64,000 nucleotides of DNA, taken from a virus. This document shows positions 8,286-18,800 of the stretch, one piece after another. The notes beneath the pieces were generated by a model, which saw nothing but the letters and a program-made list of their open reading frames with translations, did not search any database and was not told the origin of the DNA. Where the stretch lies: positions 32,001-96,000 of IMG/VR virus record IMGVR_UViG_3300015371_000006. The stretch is one strand, 5' to 3'. Numbering within the stretch: position 1 is the stretch's first letter; each line of letters opens with the position of its first letter. Both the position numbers and the translations under genes were made by a program.

Positions 8286-9715
8286 CAGCGCAGCCTCGGC
8301 GCGGCGTTGACGATCAGCGTGCGGTCGGAGGGGCCGGTGGTCGCCACGAACCCCGCCGCCGTCGCCAGCGACAGGATGGTGGCTCCGCTCAGGGCGCTGT
8401 TCCAGACCGCCACCTCGTCCAGCCCTCCGTAGAACGGCGCATTGTTGGGCACGCCCGAGTCGCCGACGGTGAAGTTGCCCCGGTTCCCGGCTGAGCCGTT
8501 GTAGCCGTTGGCGATGCCGACGTTCTGCGTCGTCCCGATTTGCTGGCCGTTGATGTAGAGGCTCGCGGGGCAGGGGTCTACGTCCGTGTAGACGATGGCG
8601 ACGTGGAAGTTGACGCCGAGCGTGATCCCGGTCGAGGCGAACGACCAGCCGACGGCGGTGCCGAAGTTCGCGTCCCAGTTGATGTTGTTGCCCGCCACGT
8701 CGTAGTACAGCTCGGGCGCGTTGACGCCGCTGCCTCCCCAAAAGACGCGGTAGGTGGAGATGTCGTCGAGGCGCGCGATGCCGACGAAGGTGTTCGAACC
8801 TCCGGGCGTGAAGCAGTTGTAGGACGAGGAGCAGCGCGATGACGCCGTGGCGTTCATCGTGATCGCCTGGTCGCCGTCGGAGGGCAGCAGCGAGGTCGCC
8901 TTGCGCGTGACTCCGCTCGCCACGGTCGCGTTGCGAGCGTTGCCGGAGCGGTCCACCATGTCGCCGAAGGGCTCGTCGAGCCGGTAGTAGATCGCCGGGC
9001 TCTGCGCCATGACAGCGGCCGGGTAGGTGGCGGTGAGATCGTCCCAGGCTTCCAGGCCGGTGGTGACCGAAGTGCCCGTGGTCGAGACCTCGTCTGCGGT
9101 GCCGATGGTGTCCTGCACGGCGGTCCCGGTGCTGCTCTGCGTCAGCGGCCAGAAGGCGGCGGGCGTGGACTGCTCCCAGGCGGTGCGCGAGCTGACCAGG
9201 TTCTCCACAGCGGCGTCCGACAGCGCCGACGACCAGTAGCCGAGCGCCTGCATCTGGCCGTCCCAGCCGTTGCCCGCCGAGTCGTTGTCCTGGCCAATCC
9301 AGACCGCACTGGTGGCTCCGATGGCACCCAGGTCGGCCTGCGTCCCGCCGCCGTTCTCATGGACCCAGCTCTGCGTCGTGTAGTCGTAGATGTGGAAGCG
9401 CGGCGTCGAGGTGCCCGTCGCCTTGGTCACGCAGGCCAGGTGCCAGCGACCCGAGACGATGCGAGAGGCAGCGGAGTTGCGCTTGCCCCCGACCGCCTCG
9501 GTGAACAGCGCCACGCTCTCGTCGGCGTCGACCTGGAACGTCCAGGCGTTCGATCCGGCGGGGCCGAAGGCGGCGATCACCTTCGTGTTGGTCACGTCCG
9601 TCGTCTTGATGATGGCGGCGATGGACGAGCCCCCGCCCCACTCAAGGCCCGTGGTTCCGTTGTTGCAGTTGACCTCGGAGTCAGGCCGGACGAACGTGCG
9701 GGCGTAGGTAGCCAC
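8285..9715 (-). CDS. double LamG/concanavalin-like domain virion protein
   Basis: Two LamG-like domains (WHLACVT...; FHVAIVY...LYING...GGLDEVAVWNSALS); first domain paralogous to the N-terminus of 3847..7536. Confidence 0.75.
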   Translation of the reverse strand: MATYARTFVRPDSEVNCNNGTTGLEWGGGSSIAAIIKTTDVTNTKVIAAFGPAGSNAWTFQVDADESVALFTEAVGGKRNSAASRIVSGRWHLACVTKATGTSTPRFHIYDYTTQSWVHENGGGTQADLGAIGATSAVWIGQDNDSAGNGWDGQMQALGYWSSALSDAAVENLVSSRTAWEQSTPAAFWPLTQSSTGTAVQDTIGTADEVSTTGTSVTTGLEAWDDLTATYPAAVMAQSPAIYYRLDEPFGDMVDRSGNARNATVASGVTRKATSLLPSDGDQAITMNATASSRCSSSYNCFTPGGSNTFVGIARLDDISTYRVFWGGSGVNAPELYYDVAGNNINWDANFGTAVGWSFASTGITLGVNFHVAIVYTDVDPCPASLYINGQQIGTTQNVGIANGYNGSAGNRGNFTVGDSGVPNNAPFYGGLDEVAVWNSALSGATILSLATAAGFVATTGPSDRTLIVNAAPRLR

Positions 9716-9729
9716 GGCGGGCTACCTCG

Positions 9730-10032
9730 CTACTCGTACCCGCGTCCGAAGTGGACCGGCTTATCCGCTTCCCAGGACTTCTTCTGGTGCTTCGGCGTCT
9801 TGGTCTTGGTTTCCGGGTTCCAGACCTCGACCTCGACCTTGCTGTAGGTCGGGACCATGTGCGTCGTCCAGCCGTTCGGGTTCTCCTCGGTGCAGAGCGC
9901 GAAGTCCTGAATCGGCTGCTCCTCTTCGCCCGTGACCTCGGCGGCCTTCAGCACTACGCCGGTCCAGTAGCCGGTCGGCTTGCCGTTGTCTGCGTGGAAC
10001 TCCGCGCCTTCTGCGAGGTCGCCCAGTTGCAT
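9730..10032 (-). CDS. hypothetical protein
   Basis: ORF with typical codon usage within the operon. Confidence 0.6.
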   Translation of the reverse strand: MQLGDLAEGAEFHADNGKPTGYWTGVVLKAAEVTGEEEQPIQDFALCTEENPNGWTTHMVPTYSKVEVEVWNPETKTKTPKHQKKSWEADKPVHFGRGYE

Positions 10033-10035
10033 CGT

Positions 10036-10473
10036 TCACTCGTCCCAGTGGATGTAGAAATCGAAGAATTGCCCGGTACCCGTCGGCAAATTAATGATGA
10101 TCCCGTTGCCGGTACCTGCCGCTCGGATGATCCCATTCTCGCCAAACGTCCAGACCCAACCGGAGCCGATAGCAGCCCCGATGGAGACGTGGCCGAACGC
10201 CGCGCCCACGGCGGTCGAGTCCGACGACTGCGAGGTGAAGGCGGCAGCACCCGGCGTCGAGCCCGGATCGTCGAGCGCCACCTCGGTCAGGCCGCCCGCC
10301 TGCGTGCCGGAGGTCGAGATCAGCAGCAGCGACGCCGCGAAGGCGGTCGTGGTCGTGTTCGTGATCCCGATCTCGCGGATCTTGATCGACTTCGACGCGC
10401 CCGCGCACACGCCCGGTCCGCGCAGCGAAGTCGGGAGGTTCGTGACGCCGCGCCCACCTGCAGAGCAGCGCAT
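10036..10473 (-). CDS. putative virion structural protein
   Basis: Beta-rich, ends YIHWDE; located within the tail-like cluster. Confidence 0.55.
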   Translation of the reverse strand: MRCSAGGRGVTNLPTSLRGPGVCAGASKSIKIREIGITNTTTTAFAASLLLISTSGTQAGGLTEVALDDPGSTPGAAAFTSQSSDSTAVGAAFGHVSIGAAIGSGWVWTFGENGIIRAAGTGNGIIINLPTGTGQFFDFYIHWDE

Positions 10474-10479
10474 GGTGCC

Positions 10480-11010
10480 TCAGTCCAGCGTGATGACTAG
10501 CCCGCCGATGGCGACCGTCGGCGGCGTCTGCGTCGTCGAGATCACCGTCGAGGTCGCGGTGCCCCAAACGATGTTGTCGCCCGCGCCCGAGGACGAGCTG
10601 GCCAGCATCCAGAAGGTCACCGTGCCGCCGCCGGAGGTGACCGCCGGGAAGGTGATCGCCACGTCGTTGGTCACCGAGCCGCCCGAGGCCGCGCTCATGT
10701 TCGTGGAGCTGATCGCCTGGCGGGCGTAGGTGGTGTAGGTCAGCTCGCCCGCCGTGGCGGCCGTCGAGGTGTCGTCGAGCGTCGATGTCCACAGCGCCAG
10801 GTACGGAGCCGGGGCCGTGTAGGTCGCGTTGGCGACGAGGTGGTCGAGCACCTTGTTCTCGACCGCGTTGCCGATGGAAGCGTTGACGAGGCCGAGCGGC
10901 ACTTGCTGCCTGACCAGCGACCAGCCGTAGGGGGTCAGCCGTCCGGGGTTGAGCGTGATCCGGTTCTCGACCGGCTCGACACCCTGCACCGGCTCGATGT
11001 CACTCGCCAT
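10480..11010 (-). CDS. phage tail-associated structural protein (gp80-like)
   Basis: ENKVLDHL...YLALWT...GELT...YARQAI...NDVAITFP pattern; the true start may be further downstream. Confidence 0.65.
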   Translation of the reverse strand: MASDIEPVQGVEPVENRITLNPGRLTPYGWSLVRQQVPLGLVNASIGNAVENKVLDHLVANATYTAPAPYLALWTSTLDDTSTAATAGELTYTTYARQAISSTNMSAASGGSVTNDVAITFPAVTSGGGTVTFWMLASSSSGAGDNIVWGTATSTVISTTQTPPTVAIGGLVITLD

Positions 11011-11305
11011 GCTTTCTCCCTCCGTCCTCGATGGTCGGGCCGGTGAGGGCGTCCCACCCGGCCTTCGTGTTCTTCCAGCCCTTCTTCGCCTTGGTCGCGT
11101 CGCCGTCTGCTTCCAGGTCGGCGAGGATCTCCACCACCTCGTCTACGTCGAGGTCGAGGAAGTCGTCGCGCTCCACCCGCACCATCAGGTCTTCGACGCT
11201 GATGTGGTCGTCGTCGGGGTTGGCGAGGTTCGCCATCACTCGACGGTGGGCGTCGGAGGCGAAGTTGCCGCCGGGGTCCGGTCTGCTTCTGAAGGTGGCT
11301 GCCAT
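11000..11305 (-). CDS. hypothetical protein (possible winged helix)
   Basis: ORF; TAGCAT 7 nt upstream of ATG. Confidence 0.55.
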   Translation of the reverse strand: MAATFRSRPDPGGNFASDAHRRVMANLANPDDDHISVEDLMVRVERDDFLDLDVDEVVEILADLEADGDATKAKKGWKNTKAGWDALTGPTIEDGGRKHGE

Positions 11306-11351
11306 GAAAGCGATGCTAAGGCACCCTGCGCGCCCGCCTTAGATCGGACTT

Positions 11352-11909
11352 TCAGTCCGGTGGGATCGGCGGCGGGTACGCCTTCTCGCAGTCGGCGTAG
11401 ACGGCCTTGACGCGCACCTCGCGGTTCTTGGCGGTCTCGGTGCCGGGGTAGAGCTGCAGGCCCTGGGCTCGCAGCGGCTCCACCATGTCCATGAACCGCT
11501 CCTCGTAGTCGCGGATGGCCTGCTCGGTGGACTCCAGCTCGGTTCCGGTCTGCGACTCGGCGGCGGCGATGTTGCGGGCCTGGGCGTCGAGGATGAACCC
11601 CGCCAGCACGCCCCGGATCGCCGGGTTGCTGCGCGAGCAGGCGTCGCGCTGGGCGTCGACCAGCAGCGTGTCCTGCTCGTTGAGCTTCTTCTCCAGGTCG
11701 TCCTGGGAGTTGACGTTCAGCCGCCAGACGCTGACCACGGCGACCACCAGAATGAAGATGGAGGCGATGGTCCGCCAGCGCTGCCCGTACTCGATGGTGT
11801 CGAAGCGGTCCCTGTTGTGCTGGTGGCCTCTCTCCAGCCGGGCGATGCGCTGCTCGGCCGTCAGCGGCTCAGGTGCGGTGACGGGCTCGGGGGGCTCAGT
11901 CGTTGCCAT
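11352..11909 (-). CDS. single-TM membrane protein with coiled coil
   Basis: TM IASIFILVVAVVSVW; Cys pair (ACSRSN...DCEKAY). Confidence 0.65.
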   Translation of the reverse strand: MATTEPPEPVTAPEPLTAEQRIARLERGHQHNRDRFDTIEYGQRWRTIASIFILVVAVVSVWRLNVNSQDDLEKKLNEQDTLLVDAQRDACSRSNPAIRGVLAGFILDAQARNIAAAESQTGTELESTEQAIRDYEERFMDMVEPLRAQGLQLYPGTETAKNREVRVKAVYADCEKAYPPPIPPD

Positions 11910-12477
11910 CAGACGGCGGCGGGATCGGCTCGCCGGACAGGACGCTCTCGACCAGCGCCTTGCAGTCCTCGGTGTCCTCCAGTTGGCGCTGGACCTCTTC
12001 GAAGCGCTGTTGCAGCGGCGAGTCCTCGGGGATCGACTGGATTACGTCGTTGATCGAGTTCAGCACCTGCACGTCGAAGGCGTCCAGGTTGCTCAGGTCT
12101 GCGCCCGTTCCGAACGGCGGCTGGGCGAGCGAGGCTGCCACCAGCCTCGCCAGCAGCAAGTCCTGGTTGTTGTCGGTGTTGCATCCGCGCTCGATGATCG
12201 AGCTGAAACCAGACGTGCGAGCGGCACGCTCGTCGTTGATCTTGTCGATGGCCTCGGAGTTCTTGCTGATAGCCGCGTATGCCCCGCCGAGGGAGATCAG
12301 CACGGCCCCGAACAGGACGATGTAGCCCCGGAACGCGCGCTTGCGGTAGCGCTCGTGAGCCTCGCGCTCGGCGACGAACTCCGCGATCAGCTTGTCCTCG
12401 CGCCGTCGCTGGAAGTCGACCAGCTCGTCGGTGGTCATCTCCTCGAAAGGCTTGTCGGGCTTCATCTTGTCCGGCAT
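11896..12477 (-). CDS. single-TM membrane protein with coiled coil
   Basis: TM GYIVLFGAVLISLGGAYAAI; Cys pair (GCNTDN...DCKAL). Confidence 0.65.
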   Translation of the reverse strand: MPDKMKPDKPFEEMTTDELVDFQRRREDKLIAEFVAEREAHERYRKRAFRGYIVLFGAVLISLGGAYAAISKNSEAIDKINDERAARTSGFSSIIERGCNTDNNQDLLLARLVAASLAQPPFGTGADLSNLDAFDVQVLNSINDVIQSIPEDSPLQQRFEEVQRQLEDTEDCKALVESVLSGEPIPPPSDGND

Positions 12478-12482
12478 GGGCT

Positions 12483-12584
12483 CTAGGGCTTGACCAGGGT
12501 GAGCACGAGGATGACCGTGACGACAGCAGCGATGTAAAGCTCCACCAGCCGTCCGCCGTGCAATGCCCGCGCCAGCCTATCCAT
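12483..12584 (-). CDS. 33-aa membrane peptide
   Basis: MDRLARALHGGRLVELYIAAVVTVILVLTLVKP; start coupled to the upstream stop. Confidence 0.45.
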   Translation of the reverse strand: MDRLARALHGGRLVELYIAAVVTVILVLTLVKP

Positions 12585-12802
12585 CACTCGATCTCTTCGT
12601 CGAAGCCGTTTCGGCGCTTGCGGTCCCGGAGGTTGAGCGCGATCTGCCCCGCGATTACGTCGGGGAGGCCGAGCAGGCCCGCGATGAGCAGCCCCACCCA
12701 TGAGGGCAGCCCCGGCGGGTTCACGAACACGATGTAGGCCAGGAACAGCAGGCCCGAGCCTCTGCGAATCCAGTCCCAGGTCCGGTCTCCCTGTTCGTTC
12801 AT
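12584..12802 (-). CDS. small two-TM protein (holin-like candidate)
   Basis: Two hydrophobic segments and a charged C-terminus. Confidence 0.5.
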   Translation of the reverse strand: MNEQGDRTWDWIRRGSGLLFLAYIVFVNPPGLPSWVGLLIAGLLGLPDVIAGQIALNLRDRKRRNGFDEEIE

Positions 12803-12822
12803 TCACAATCCGCCGACCGGCC

Positions 12823-15800
12823 TTATGGCTTCAGCCCGGCCGCCTTGATGACAGCAACCAGGGTATCCGCGTTCTCGACGGCAGGATCGAGGTCAATGCC
12901 CTGGGTTGCGAGTTGCGCAAGGGCGCTCTGCACGGCGGCGGCATTCCAATCGGGGCCGAGCGACTGGGCGGCGTCCGCCAGCCGCTGGTCAGCCTCGGTT
13001 ACCTCGGGCTCGGCGTCCCACTCGTCGGCGCGGTCGACCGCCGCCTTGGCGTCCTTGTATACCTCCGGCGAGTCGTAGCTCTCGCCGGGCGTGGGCTTGA
13101 CCACCAGGTAGGTGCTCTTCGTCTTGACGATCTGCGTCCCGTTCGGCAGCGTCTCGGTGTGGCCGGGCTCGGCGTCGTTCAGCGTGGCGACTCGGTCGCT
13201 CATGTTCGGCGCGGCCGTCGGCGTCGGCTCCTCGGCGGGCGGCTCGCCGTGGTCGGCGAACGCCTTGGCCTCGATCTTCGCCGCCTTCGCGTCGGCCAGC
13301 ACCGAGTCCATGCCCCGCGCCTCCAGCTCGTTGTTGACCTGCTGGGCGGCCCACGGATCTTTGTCCTCGTAGCCGACCATCTGATCGGCGAGGCCCGCCA
13401 GCTTTGCGTCGCTCATCTTCGGGATGTTGCGGAGGTTGCCCTTCGCGGAGTAGGCGGGGCTCACCTTCTGATCGTCGCCCGGCTCGGGCTCGCCGGGGGT
13501 GAAGTCGGGAGTGGTGCCGGGCTTCGGCTGGTCGCCCAGGCCCGCCAGCGGATCTTCGCCGGAGGGCGTCGGCCCGCCCTTGTCCAGCGTCAGGTCGATC
13601 CACCCCACATCGCTCAGCGGCACGCCCTCGGCCTTCAGCGCAGTGGCGATCTCGTCGCGCACGGCGGTGTCGTTGACCTCCGGGTGGTCGGAGGAGATGA
13701 TGTCCATCGTGCCCTTGAGCATCATCTCCCGCTCGCCGGGCTCGGCGTTGACGATGGCCTTGACCATCCGGTCGACCGCCAGGTTGCCCTCGGGGCTGAA
13801 CATGCCCAGGTCCGGCGCGTCGTAGAGGGCCTTATCGGCGGCGTCGGCCTTCGCGCCTGGCTCGATGTAGGAGGCCGGTGGCGCATCCCCTGCCGGGTCG
13901 CCGCTCTTCGCGCCGACCGAGGCCACGCTCTTCTTCAGGAGGTCGTACAGGTCGTCGTCGTTTCCGGCCGTCTGCGCCGCCACGGGTGCCGGGGTGGGCT
14001 TCGGGGCGGGTTCGGGCGCAGAGGCGCTCACAGGCGCTGCCACAGGCGCAGGCGCGCCCGTGGTGAAGCCACGCGACTCCATCTCGGTCTGCACGGCCGC
14101 GTATCCGTCGGGATCGGCGTGCGCGTAGGGGCTCATGTCGGCCCACAGGTTCTTCAGCTTGCCGTCGTTCATCGCCTTGACGTTGCGGATGTTGCCCTTG
14201 GCCGAGCGCACCGGGCTCTCGGGGTTGACGGGCAGCGGGGCGGCCGGGGTGACGCTCCACTCGTCGCTGTAGTCGGGGTGCATGTCGCCGAACGCGCCAG
14301 GCGGCATCCGGTAGTGGAAGATGCGGCGCTTCTCGCCCTGGTACTTCGACGGGGCCGGGTCGGAGGTCAGGATCTCGCCCGTGGAGGGATCGATGGGCTT
14401 GGCGATCACCCAGTTGCCGTTCGCCTTGTGGACGACGTAGCCGTAGCCGTCGTGGATGAACTTCGTCCCGACGGGCACCTCGCCCAGCTCGGTCGAGGAG
14501 GTGTTGGGGGTGAAGCCGTCCGGCACGCTGCCGGGGCTCGCCTGCCCCAGCTTCAAGCCGCCCAGCTCGCTCAGCACCTTCGCGCTCGCCTTCTTGTCGG
14601 AGCCGTTCGCGTACTCATCCCAGGCGGGCAGCAGCACAGCGCTGACGTCCGGCGGTGAGCGGTCGAGTGCGTCGGCGAGCATGACCGCGTTGACGGGGAA
14701 GGTCTGCACCCGGCCGGTGACGCCGCCGGAGCTGATGTTGATTCCGTCGGGCGTGCGCTCCAGCTTCGCGCCGCTGTTGAGCTGCGTCTCGCCGAAGCGA
14801 TCCAGCTCAGCGCCGTTCTTCAGCAGGGTCACCTCGTACTGCGTGCCGACCGCCAGGCCGGGGCTGTACTGGCCGTAGTTCGGGTCGAGCATGTCGGCCG
14901 CTGCGTCGGCGATCTCGTTGTCGAAGCGGTCCTCGTCGCTGTAGAGGCCCCGCGAGGTGCCCTTCGGGTTGCCGTGCACGGTGTCGAGCGCGTCCTCCAG
15001 GCGCTGCAGCAGATCGACGTACTCCTGCGCGCGGTAGTCGTCGTGCTCGGCGACCACCGGGAACCAGTCGCTCTGCACGTCGCCCGCCAGGTCGTCGATG
15101 AACTCGCCGTCGGCGTCCTTGCCCTGCGCCTCCACCTTGGCGATCTCCGTCTCCCACAGCTTCGGGCTCGCCTGGCCATCCTTGCCGAAGATGACGCCCG
15201 TGCCCTTCGCCAGCGGGTGCACGCCCAGGCCCACGCCCTCGTCGACGGCGTCGGGAAGCTTCATCGGGTCCGGCCAGGGGTTCGCCTTCGCCCAGATGCC
15301 CGTGCCCTCGGCCTCCTGGCGCTTCGCCCGCGCAGCGTCGGCCTTGTTCGCGGCGGCCTGCGCCTTCGCCCCGCCCGCGAGGAAGCCGGGGTAGCCGGGG
15401 CTTTGCTGGCCGGGCAGCCGGTAGAGCTGGGCGCGGCCGTCCTTCCACACCTCGACGACGCCCTGCGCCTCGTTGACGTTCACCTCGTCGGCCTTCGGGA
15501 AGTGCTTGGCCTTCAGGTCGGCCTGCAGCTTCTCGCGGCTTTGGGCGGCCTTCGGATCGACCACCTTCATCGCCGGGCTGCGCTGGCCCATCTTGCGGTC
15601 GTCGATCTCGCGGTCGACGGCCTCGTCGCGCGCAGCTTCGTTGGCGAGTTCGTCGTGCAGCTCAGCGACGTCGTCGGGCGTCTTCGCGTCGCCGAAGACG
15701 AAGGTGCCCTCCAGGTCGGTGATGACGTAGCTGTGCTCGTCGTCGCGCGCGATGACGGCGTTCGGTGCGACCGCCACCTCGTCGCCCACGGCCAGCTTCT

Positions 15801-18800
15801 CGGCGGCGTCCAGCGCGTCCTCGCGGCTCAGCGACGAGGAGGGGCTCGCCTGGCCTCCGGCGAAGCGACGCAGGTCGGGGTAGGTGGCGGCGAATTGCGC
15901 GTCGCTCATCGGCCGCCCACGCACGGAGCCCGTGCTGCCGACGGTCTGCGGGTCGCCCTCGTAGATGTACCAGCCGCGTCCGGCTCGCTGGGCGACGACG
16001 CGCCCGCCGGTCAGGCCGGGCTCGGGGCCGGGGCGGTCCCACACGTACTCGTCCAGCTTGCCGCCCCGTTCCTTGCGCACCTCCAGGCGGCCGCTGCCGG
16101 GGCTGCTTCCGGGGCTCCACTGGCCGGTCTTCTGGATCGCCAGCGCAGCTTCGACGGCCGGGCGCGGGACCATCTCCTCGTAGTCGAACTTCAGCATCAC
16201 GGCGTCGCCGTCATCCTCGTCGAGAGCGCTCTGCAGTTGCTCCTTCGTGAAGGCCCAGGCCAGCATCCCCGGCTCGTCGGTGTAGTCGTAGCTCGCCTGG
16301 TCGGTGCGGCCCTGCGGGATGAAGCGCTTGCCTGACTTGTCTGGCGCGGTCGCGCCCAGGCGCGCGTAGATCTCGGGCTTGCCGCCGCTGGCGGTCATGA
16401 ACGCTTCGCTCTCGCGCTTGCCGTCCTTGCCCACCCGGTACGCCTTGCCGTTGGTCGTGATCCCGCCGTAGCCGGAGTTGCCGTAGATCATGAAGCGGTT
16501 GCCGTCGTTGTCGACCGCAGCGGTGCCGTACTTGTCGGCCCAGCTCTGCGAGTCGGCGTTGATCAGCTTGTCCATCGAGCCCCACACGTAGCGGGCCTTG
16601 GAGGTGTCGCCCTCCCAGCCCTTCGTCCAGCCGAGCTTCTTCTTGCCCGTGCCGGGTGACGCCTGGCCGGGGCTGTGCTGACCGCCCATCGAGTCGGTGA
16701 AGCCGGGCGGCGGTTCGACTTCCTGATCGCTGGTCTCGACCTTGTCCAGCGGGACCACGAGCGTGCCGTGGTTGTCGGTCTTGACCCGCAGCTGGCCGAA
16801 CTTGTGGTCGACGACCTCGCCCTGGACGAGATCCTCCTGCCCGCCGATCCTCGCCACCTTCGTGGTGATGTTCGTGCCCACCGGGTAGGCGGCCCTCGCC
16901 GCTGCGTCGCGCTCCTCGCGGCTGAGCTTTCCGCCGGGGCTGGCCTGGCCCAGTGGCCCCGTGGTCACCGGCACCGAACCGCCCGCGTTCTTGAGCTGGC
17001 GCTTCTCGCCCTTGGTCAGCTCGCGCTTCTCGGCGACCCGACTGAGCAGCTGGGCGATCTGCTTGTCCCGCATCTCGGCGTTCGCCGAGGTCCGGCTGCG
17101 GATCTGGCGGATCGAGCGCTGGATCGACTCGTGCTCGGGCGTCCCACCGAGGGTCATCGTGGGGCTGCGCTGACCCAGCGGCGGCATGCTGCTCACGCCA
17201 CCGGACGCCAGCCTGCGGTTGTGAGCGCCCTTCGCCCGCGCGTAGTCGTTGGCCTGCTTGCGGGCGAGGTAGTCCTGGTCGTCGAGGACGGCTTCGGCGG
17301 CTCGGGGCGGGTCGTATCCCTCCCCGACCGAACCGTCGGCGTAGTGGACGTCCACCAGCCCGTCCTCGCGGGCCTTCACCCAGGTCAGGCCATAGCTCTG
17401 CTCCTCGCCGGGCCAGAGGTAGTCGAGGTCGCCGACGATCTCGTCCTTGCTCAGCGCCTCGCCGGGGCTGCGCTGGCCGCCGGGCTTCGCGTCGCGCAGC
17501 TTGACGATCAGGTCGAGATCCTCGGGGTCGATGATCGTCTTGTTGCGCAGTGACTTCGCCAGGTTGCCGAACACCCGGCGGGTGTTCTCCTTGTTGACGC
17601 CGTTCTTCGCCACGTCGGCGGCTAGGTTGCCGTCGGTCATCTTGATCATCGACACCACGTCGTCCATCTCGGCGTCGCTCATGTGCGTGTCGATTCGGCT
17701 GCGCTTCTTCGCCAGCTGCCGCAGCATGTCGTGGTCGCTGAGGCCGGGGCTCGCCTGGTAGCTGTCGGCGCGCATCTTCTCCAGCGCCGCGTCGTAGTCC
17801 AGCTTCGGCAGCTCGGGTGCCTTGCCGGTGGACGGGACGCGCTTGCGGCGTTCCAGGGCTCGCCGCTGCGGCGCGAGGGAGCGCACGGCAGCGTCGGCCT
17901 CCTCGGAGGGCGCGGCCTGCAAGCTCGGCGGGGAGAGCTGCAGCTTGTGGCCCGCGACCATCACCGACTTGCCGTCGGGGGTCACCTTGCCGCGCGAGCC
18001 GCCCAGGCTCACGCTGTCGCCGGGACGCAGCACGCGGCCGCGCCCCTCGGGGGCGAAGGTGCCGTCGGGCAGGCGGCGGATGCGGGCGATCCGGGCGGCC
18101 AGCTCGGAGGTCTTGCGCGCGGCTCCGCGCAGGCTCGCCTCCAGCAGCTCGCAGGCGGCTTCCTGCACGTCGATGTTCGGGTAGCGGCGCTTGACGGCGG
18201 CGCGGACCTTCTTCTTCTCGTCGGCCGATCCGTGCTGGCTTACGCGCGCGAGCGCGTTGCGCGCGTGGGCCTCGTCGTGGATCGGGTAGCGGCGGTCCGG
18301 CAGCGCGAAGTCGGAGTCGGGACGCTTCTTCCGAGCGGCGGCCGTCAGCGTGCCCTCCTCGACCTCCTTCTTGTTCGCGGCCGCCTTGGCCTTGAACTTC
18401 TCGTCGCGGGCCTTGCTCAGGGAGTGGCCGCACTTCTTGCAGTCGGCGTTGCGGGCGCTCTGCTCGGTGCCGCACTCGGGACACTTGACGCTCTGCTCGG
18501 TTGTCTCGTCGCCCTTGCCCTCCTTCTCGGCCTTCGTGTCAGCCTCGGCCAGGCTCTGGTCGCGCTGGGGGTTGCGGGCGTTGCGCTTCTTGCGGCGCTT
18601 GTTGCGCTCGGCATCGGTCAGCTTCGGCTCGGGGGTGGAGGTATCAGCCGCAGGCTTGTTTCCCAGCAGGCGCTTGCGCAGCTTGCGCTTGTCCTGCGGG
18701 GTGAGCGCGCCTGGCGTGACTTGAGCCGCCTCGCCGCCTGAAAGCAGCGCCGTAGCAGTCTGGTGACCCACGATCCCGTCGACCATTAGCCCGTTTTCGC

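Noticed and set aside
12700-14658. Long plus-strand ORFs (also 18808-20424, 29955-31505, 37793-39979, 45726-48065)
   Set aside because: Antisense shadows of high-GC genes; no motifs, and codon bias supports the minus strand.
14530-17760. GQxSP-coding DNA as a CRISPR-like or recombination repeat array
   Set aside because: Only 15-18 bp, synonymous variation, irregular in-frame spacing, no cas genes; best explained as a protein motif.
16211-18484. 757-aa same-strand alternative-frame ORF (also 38316-39770 and most of 45556-47136)
   Set aside because: Arg/Gly/Pro-rich frameshift shadow typical of GC-rich DNA; the host frame has normal GC3 here.
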